DNA from: Tubiluchus corallicola
Lineage: Eukaryota > Animalia > Priapulida
DNA: 6,266 bases
NCBI GenBank assembly: GCA_030141605.1
Contig: JAQGDQ010000899.1
Coordinates: 76,171 to 82,436 of the forward strand
Direction of reading: 5' to 3'
How positions within the stretch are numbered: the first letter of the stretch is position 1; the number at the start of each line of letters is the position of its first letter. Under the pieces are notes generated by a model, which made no database searches, was not told the DNA's origin, and saw nothing but the letters and a program-made list of their open reading frames with translations. This document shows, piece after piece, positions 1 to 6,266 of the stretch. Made by a program: the position numbers and the translations under genes.

Positions 1-219
1 CCAATCTCGTTTATATTTCCTGGCATATTCCCAATTTTAAGTTTGTGGCTGCTTACCAAGCGGCATTGTTAAGAAAATATTTAGTGTATCTTCCATTTGT
101 TGAAGTTCATAACTTGAAGTACAGCTGTTATATCTAACTCTTTTAGCATCTCTCTTAGAAATGTTTAAGAAATTTGAAGAATACTGCTGAAACTTTTCAA
201 ATACATGTACCACCAACAC

Positions 220-278
220 TAAATAAACAAACAATAAGCAATAGAAAATAAATAAATAAATAAATAAAATAAATAAAC
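220..278. repeat. (TAAA)n / A-rich low-complexity tract
   Basis: aaataaataaataaataaataaaataaataaac at about 247-278, preceded by taaataaacaaacaataa. Confidence 0.85.
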
Positions 279-330
279 ACTGCATTCTTGTTGAATTGTT
301 GTACATGTGTTTGACAAACTATTTGCTGTT

Positions 331-612
331 AACATAATGTAATGTCTTAACATAACACGGCATAGGATAAGCGTGCCATAACATAATATAACATGGCATA
401 GGATGACATAACATAACATAGCATAGCGTAGCATAACATAACATTACACAACATAACATATGATAACTTAACATGGCATAATGTAGCATTGCATAATTTG
501 TCATAACATACCATAGCATGGAATAGCATAATATAACACAATGTAACATAACATAATATTTCATAACGTAACATAACATAACGTAACATAGAATAAAACG
601 GCATAATGTAAC
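331..612. repeat. Degenerate pentanucleotide microsatellite (CATAA/CATAG)n
   Basis: Runs such as acataacataacatagcatagcgtagcataacataac keep a 5-bp period over about 280 bp. This explains the spurious MLCYV-type ORFs on the minus strand. Confidence 0.92.
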
Positions 613-2053
613 AAAGCCGAGAAATGTGTAACAACTGTAGACTTTTTTACAGTTGGCATTTATGCGTTAAAGACACACATTATTATTAATAACTTTCGTT
701 GCAGTTAATTATATAGCGATTTAATTCTAAAAATGTCATCATACAATATATTTCACTTCTCTTTAAGGGAGTCATCACCAAATGTTACATGATTATGACA
801 ACCACAAGGAGGGTTGAAATATTATGATTAAGTTTTTATATATCTTTTAAATCACCTCTCTTGTCATTAATTTTCTTTATATGGCTAATTACAAATTCGT
901 TATTTAGTGAAGTCGGTACAGGTGTCTTTCAAACTGCTCAGGTAGCCCCCCGGTCTTCACTGGCATGTTTAATAGCATTGATTAATAGCATTATTAACCC
1001 AAAGTGTTTTTATCATTTCATAACAATTTTGACCTGTATTTCACATAAAATCTAAATGAAATTTTTAGTTTAATCAAGATTTACCTTATTTTGTTGCCCA
1101 CTAATTAAATTACATGTATATTCTTTTCTCTGGATTATATAGAAAATGTCATAATTTTAAAAATTACTAATGTTTCCTAAATTAAATTGATAACATTAAT
1201 ACCCACCAGTGTCTAAAAAATCTTTTTATCTATATTCGGTAAAGTATAGCAGACTAGGTGACTTTATAGTCTTTTCGCTATCCTTTCTCTAGTTCTAGAT
1301 CTATCTATACATTTTAACCATTTTTCAAAACTTATTAGAGATTCTTTTATTAATCATGTTTTATTGTAACACTATAAAGAGATAAATAAATTGAAATTGA
1401 ATTGAAAAAAATGTTTGTTATGGAGTGGTCACTTTTGCAGTGTAATGTTTAAAAGCCCTGAGCTCACAGTATCCAGGCACAGGAATGCACAGTGCTTTAT
1501 GGCCAACTGACATGTTTTTGTGTCAGTGGGTTTTGGTTTTGCTTAAAAATGCCATTTCCCATGGCTGAAGTTGTTGCAGAGAACAAAATACTCTCAGCTT
1601 AGAAAAACAGATTAGTATTTGACAATTTGTGACACAGAACAGACTTTACGCTAAATATCTTATTGAAAATGCACAGGAGAACCTGGGAGGTATAGGTGGC
1701 GCATCAGTGCTGCTCTCTTAGCTTATTCTTCTGTATATAAGCTGCATAAACATTAAACACATAGCAGTATACCAGTTTTTACATGTACTTCCTGTCCAAC
1801 GAAGCCATTTTAATTAAGTAGTAATTTTCTTGCATTTGCAAAATTTTAGTAATCGTTGAAAGTGGAATTGTAAACTGGGCTAATAACAAACTGCCAGTCG
1901 TACTTAGTTTAGTTTTTTGCAAAGGAAAATGATGGGTTCATTTCAGATAAATTCATTAAAGTTAAGAATTGTCAAGCCTGGTCAGTAAATAGATGAGTAA
2001 CATGTGGCAACGCACACGATTTTATTTGCTTGTTATTTTTTACTTATTTTCAG

Positions 2054-2207
2054 GGAGAGTTGGAGAATCCGGTGAAAATGGGGATCATTCCACGAATTGT
2101 ACAGGACATATTCAATCACATCTTCCAGATGGATGAAAATTTAGAATTTCATATAAAAGTTTCCTACTTTGAGATTTACATGGATAAAATTCGGGATTTG
2201 TTAGATG
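2054..2207 (+). CDS. Khc: Kinesin-1 heavy chain, internal coding exon (154 nt, phase 0 to phase 1), motor domain just after the P-loop
   Basis: Acceptor tacttattttcag| and donor G|gtaag. Translates to [51 protein letters not shown], which matches the kinesin-1 segment I recall from KIF5B ([12 protein letters not shown]...[25 protein letters not shown]). Confidence 0.97.
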
Positions 2208-3181
2208 GTAAGATCCCCGGCTACATCGATTTTGCAATTTTCGTTTTGCAAACCGATTGCTTGGTAATGAAATTATTGAACATGCAGCTTTCTGGTTCTG
2301 AAGTCAGATTTTTATTAGTTTTGTGGTCAATAACTATGTTAGGCGTAGTGCAGTATCATATTGTTATTTTGAGCTGGAAATAGATGTTGCACTTTTTTGA
2401 AATATAAAATACATTTAAATGACCAATAAACGCTGGCATTCACAGCAGACTAATCCAAAACCGCTTGTTTAACATTGGTATCTTGGAAGAATTCACTCGC
2501 TTTTTTATTTTATGATATTATAGCAAATGGTTCTCGTATTTTGGGATTTGTAAACATTATTGGCAAAACTAAATTGTTTTTGGGGCCAAACTGACACCTT
2601 TGTTTTGAACTAAATTTGCATATTTCAGACTAAATTTCATTTTAAAAAATAAGCACTCCTAGTTTTAGCTTCACAAACTGTCTGCTTGTTTATTTATTTC
2701 GCTGTCAACCCCTCGATGAATTGCTGGGAGTTTTTGCTGCTGTAAAATTTCTTAGTTTGAGTTACGTAGTTGGCATTTTGCCTTCGGCTAATGAACTTTG
2801 GGTCAATAAACAATATTGAAACCAAGTAACGGTTTTATTGTAGGCCTGAAAAATTTGCTTGTAGATAAATATTTTCTTCTGTGCAAGCTTTAAAATGAAC
2901 CAGCATATGTTACTGAGATAACCTTTACGTTTTCTAAAAAATTGTTTCTTATATTGGCGACATTTTGCATCTGTGCCACGCATTTTGTGATTTATTTCCC
3001 TTCAGTTTTGTTCATTCGCTTACACAATGCCAATACACATTATCCAATATTATCTGGATATTCCTAAGTAGTCTTTGCCACTGAGATGTCTACTGGAAAC
3101 TTGCAGAGAACCCTCATTAATGAAAGTGCAGTAGGTCTGATATTATAACAAAGTGTTAAATTTTAGTGTTAAACTAAACCT

Positions 3182-3702
3182 CAGGGATGAGAATTTTCCG
3201 CGGATAAGCGGAATTCCGAGTTTTTGGAAGACCAGTAGTGCCATTTTTGTAAATCGCGTAAATTCGTTGAGAAAATTTTTACGGACACAGTAGATTATTT
3301 CACAAGCTGACCGCTAGTTGGCAGGCCGTCACTTTGTTTACATCACGTACATCAGTGTAAACACGTGTATATCTCTATGTATAAAAATATAGAATCAACT
3401 GTGCAGAGTTATTTGAGTCAATTGCAGACAGTTTTTATATACTTTTGCATAAGAGCGGCCAGTAATTAGGCGTTTTTGAGACAATTAGGTGTCATGTGTC
3501 CTTGATAGTTGGGTATTTTAAATTATGCATGAAACAAGGTAATTGATATTTTAAGTCCACTTAGAGTCTATGGTCACAAAATTGCAATTTGTTGCTGGCT
3601 CCAATGGGGTTTCGCCGCCCTTGAACCCCCATGGGGGCCTACGCGGCCCTCAAACCTCTGACCAGTTTCAGAGTTTTTTGCAATTTGTCATTCTCATCCC
3701 TG
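3182..3702. mobile_element. MITE / non-autonomous DNA transposon, hAT-like CAGGG termini, 521 bp
   Basis: Perfect terminal inverted repeats CAGGGATGAGAAT (3182-3194) and ATTCTCATCCCTG (3690-3702). Flanks AAACCT (3176-3181) and AAACGT (3703-3708) form a 5/6 candidate target-site duplication. There is no ORF in the supplied track, and GC/CpG-rich subterminal patches stand out from the AT-rich intron. Confidence 0.72.
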
Positions 3703-3999
3703 AAACGTGAACTGATCTGAACTTTTTAAAATCAGATGCAAAGTGAAAGTTTTTAAAGAGAGTTTCAGTCATACGGTATGATCTCTACGCAGTTTTTGTT
3801 ATTATTTGTGTTACGTAAACGAACGTTTTAGGTTCACGTATTAAAGAGTAACAGTCGGCGCAGTTTACATTTTATAAAACAAAGTAACACCCAGTGCCGT
3901 AATGTAATGCTTCTGTATTTTTGCTTTACATTAATTTGTTTTTAGTGTGTTTTGCTGTAATTGCAAAAAACTTTCATTTGATGTTTGTTATCGTTTCAG

Positions 4000-4143
4000 T
4001 TAGTAAAACCAATTTAGCCGTGCACGAGGACAAGAATCGAGTGCCGTACGTTAAAGGCGTAACAGAACGCTTTGTCTCTAGTCCAGAGGAAGTAATGGAA
4101 ACCATAGATGAAGGAAAATGCAACAGACATGTCGCAGTAACAA
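4000..4143 (+). CDS. Khc: Kinesin-1 heavy chain, internal coding exon (144 nt, phase 1 to phase 1)
   Basis: Acceptor tcgtttcag| and donor A|gtaagt. The split codon G+TT gives Val. Encodes [48 protein letters not shown], colinear with the previous exon in kinesin-1. Confidence 0.97.
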
Positions 4144-4481
4144 GTAAGTTCAACAATAGCTGTCCGTGTGCCATTGGCCAAAGTGAGATATTTGGAGTAA
4201 GTCAGTTTAGAACTGTAAGATTATACTGTTCCTTTAATGTAGTACTGCATTTGACCATCTTATGGGATGCATTTAAAGTATTTAATATTAAATTGTATCA
4301 ATTGATTTAAACTTAGAGACTTTTTTAATTCTGTCCAAACACAGTGATAACCATAATAGATTGAGAACCACGTGTAAATAATGTAACTCCACTCTGACAT
4401 TATATTACTATTAATGATCGCTTTTGACATTTTGCGTAGGGATTCTTCCTGTAATAAATAAGGAAAATTTTTTACTGACAG

Positions 4482-4606
4482 ATATGAATGAGCACAGTTC
4501 CAGGAGTCACTCGGTTTTCCTAATCAACGTAAAACAGGAAAATCTAGAAAACCAGAAGAAGCTGAGTGGCAAGCTGTACTTAGTTGATTTGGCTGGAAGT
4601 GAGAAG
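4482..4606 (+). CDS. Khc: Kinesin-1 heavy chain, internal coding exon (125 nt, phase 1 to phase 0) carrying switch I (SSRSH) and switch II (DLAGSE)
   Basis: Acceptor ttttttactgacag| and donor AAG|gtacat. The split codon A+AT gives Asn. Encodes [42 protein letters not shown]. The three exons total 423 nt (141 codons) with no stop. Confidence 0.96.
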
Positions 4607-5277
4607 GTACATTTGTAAAAAGTACTTGTTGCAGCTTGAATTTTGTTCAGTTTCTCATTTTGTGGTTGAGTGGCAAGCTGTACTTAGTTGATTTGGCTGG
4701 AAGTGAAAAGGTACATTTGCTGAAAGTACTTGTTGCAGCTTGAATTATGTTCAGTTTCTCATTTTGTGGTTGAGTGGCAAGCTGTACTTAGTTGATTTGG
4801 CTGGAAGTGAAAAGGTACATTTGCTGAAAGTACCTGTTGCAGCTTGAATTATGTTCAGTTTCTCATTTTGTGGTTGAGTGGCAAGCTGTACTTAGTTGAT
4901 TTGGCTGGAAGTGAAAAGGTAAATTTGTAAAAAGTACTTGTTGCAGCTTGAATTATGTTCAGTTTCTCATTTTGTGGTTGAGTGGCAAGCTGTACTTAGT
5001 TGATTTGGCTGGAAGTGAAAAGGTACATTTGCTGAAAGTACCTGTTGCAGCTTGAATTATGTTCAGTTTCTCATTTTGTGGTTGAGTGGCAAGCTGTACT
5101 TAGTTGATTTGGCTGGAAGTGAAAAGGTAAATTTGCTGAAAGTACTTGTTGCAGCTTGAATTATGTTCAGTTTCTCATTTTGTGGTTGAGTGGCAAGCTG
5201 TACTTAGTTGATTTGGCTGGAAGTGAAAATGTAAATTTGCTGAAAGTACTTGTTGCAGCTTGAATTACGTCCATTTT
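4563..5277 (+). repeat. 104-bp tandem repeat derived from the Khc exon/intron junction; 6 full units plus a 91-bp partial unit
   Basis: TGAGTGGCAAGCTGTACTTAG starts at 4563, 4667, 4771, 4875, 4979, 5083 and 5187, an exact 104-bp period. Each unit is the last 44 nt of the exon plus the first 60 nt of the intron, with a few substitutions and no indels. Confidence 0.97.
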
Positions 5278-6163
5278 ACAAATTTACCTTTTCACTTCCA
5301 GCCAAATCAACTAGGTACAGCTTGCCACTCAACCACAAAATGAGAAACTGAACATAATTCAAGCTGCAACAAGTACTTTCAACAAATTTACCTTTTCACT
5401 TCCAGCCAAATCAACTAAGTACAGCTTGCCACTCAACCACAAAATGAGAAACTGAACATAATTCAAGCTGCAACAAGTACTTTTTACAAATGTACCTTTT
5501 CACTTCCAGCCAAATCAACTACGTACAGCTTGCCACTCAACCACAAAATGAGAAACTGAACATAATTCAAGCTGCAACAAGTACTTTCAGCAAATTTACC
5601 TTTTCACTTCCAGCCAAATCAACTAAGTACAGCTTGCCACTCAACCACAAAATGAGAAAATGGACATAATTCGAGCTGCAACAAGTACTTTCAACAAATT
5701 TACCTTTTCACTTCCAGCCAAATCAACTAAGTACAGCTTGCCACTCAACCACAAAATGAGAAAATGGACATAATTCAAGCTGCAACAAGTACTTTTTACA
5801 AATTTACCTTTTCACTTCCAGCCAAATCAACTAAGTACAGCTTGCCACTCAACCACAAAATGAGAAACTGAACATAATTCAAGCTGCAACAAGTACTTTC
5901 AACAAATTTACCTTTTCACTTCCAGCCAAATCAACTAAGTACAGCTTGCCACTCAACCACAAAATGAGAAACTGAACATAATTCAAGCTGCAACAAGTAC
6001 TTTCAGCAAATTTACCTTTTCACTTCCAGCCAAATCAACTAAGTACAGCTTGCCACTCAACCACAAAATGAGAAACTGAACATAATTCAAGCTGCAACAA
6101 CGACTTTTTACAAATGTACCTTTTCACTTCCAGCCAAATCAACTAAGTACAGCTTGCCACTCA
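5274..6163 (-). repeat. Inverted arm of the same 104-bp tandem repeat; 8 full units plus a 58-bp partial unit
   Basis: The reverse-complement motif CAGCTTGCCACTCA ends at 5331, 5435, 5539, 5643, 5747, 5851, 5955, 6059 and 6163, again at a 104-bp period. Confidence 0.97.
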
Positions 6164-6243
6164 GCTTCTTCTGGTTTCTAGATTTTCCTGTTTTACGTTG
6201 ATTAGGAAAAGCGAGTGACTCCTGGAACTGTGCTCATTCATAT
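6120..6243 (-). pseudogene. Khc: Inverted duplicate of the Khc switch I/II exon (124 nt, frameshifted), or an artifactual assembly copy
   Basis: Reverse complement of 4482-4606, preceded by the same acceptor (6244-6266 mirrors 4459-4481). It differs by GTT>CTT (Val>Leu), a 1-nt deletion in an A run (CTAGAAAACC>CTAGAAACC) and synonymous GAG>GAA. Confidence 0.7.
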
Positions 6244-6266
6244 CTGTCAGTAAAAAATTTTCCTTA

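Noticed and set aside
37-634. Four minus-strand ORFs (71-95 aa)
   Set aside because: They are translations of the (TTATG)n and (TTTA)n simple repeats and show no recognisable domain.
768-827. Possible mutually exclusive copy of the 2054 exon (ttctctttaag|GGA GTC ATC)
   Set aside because: It starts GVI, but continues TKCYMIMTTTRRVEIL to a stop with no GIIPR motif, so there is no kinesin similarity.
861-1055. 64-aa plus-strand ORF
   Set aside because: It has a TTG start and no motif, and it is not the expected upstream P-loop exon (GYNGTIFAYGQTSSGKT), which I could not find in the window.
2762-2983. 73-aa minus-strand ORF
   Set aside because: Short intronic ORF with no recognisable homology; likely chance.
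3974-4174. 66-aa minus-strand ORF
   Set aside because: It is the antisense shadow of the 4000-4143 exon.
2030-4618. ORF-track extensions beyond the exon boundaries (2030-2383, 3921-4310, 4424-4618)
   Set aside because: Kinesin similarity stops exactly at the AG/GT sites, so the extensions are intronic read-through.
4570-4638. 7-bp inverted repeat CAAGCTG/CAGCTTG enclosing the donor in each unit, plus the AAGTACTT palindrome
   Set aside because: Too short to distinguish from chance or to support a transposon or stable-hairpin interpretation.
4563-6163. CRISPR-like array
   Set aside because: Units are near-identical over the full 104 bp with no unique spacers, derive from a spliced eukaryotic gene, and no cas genes are present.

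Overview
AT-rich animal (probably invertebrate) genomic DNA containing an internal part of a kinesin-1 heavy chain gene (Khc/KIF5) on the + strand. Three exons (2054-2207, 4000-4143, 4482-4606) splice in frame to 141 codons of the motor domain, ending at switch II (LVDLAGSEK). The introns hold simple repeats and a 521-bp MITE-like element (3182-3702). The unusual part is the last 1.8 kb. The final 44 nt of the third exon, its 5' splice site and 60 nt of intron are amplified as a 104-bp tandem array (about 7 copies, 4563-5277). The array then flips at a TTTT microhomology into about 8.5 inverted copies (5274-6163), followed by an inverted, frameshifted copy of the rest of the exon, so 4459-6266 is a large imperfect palindrome. 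Each unit can also be read as a 44-nt GT-AG mini-intron plus an in-frame 60-nt exon that repeats switch II. The sequence alone cannot show whether the inversion is real or an assembly artifact.
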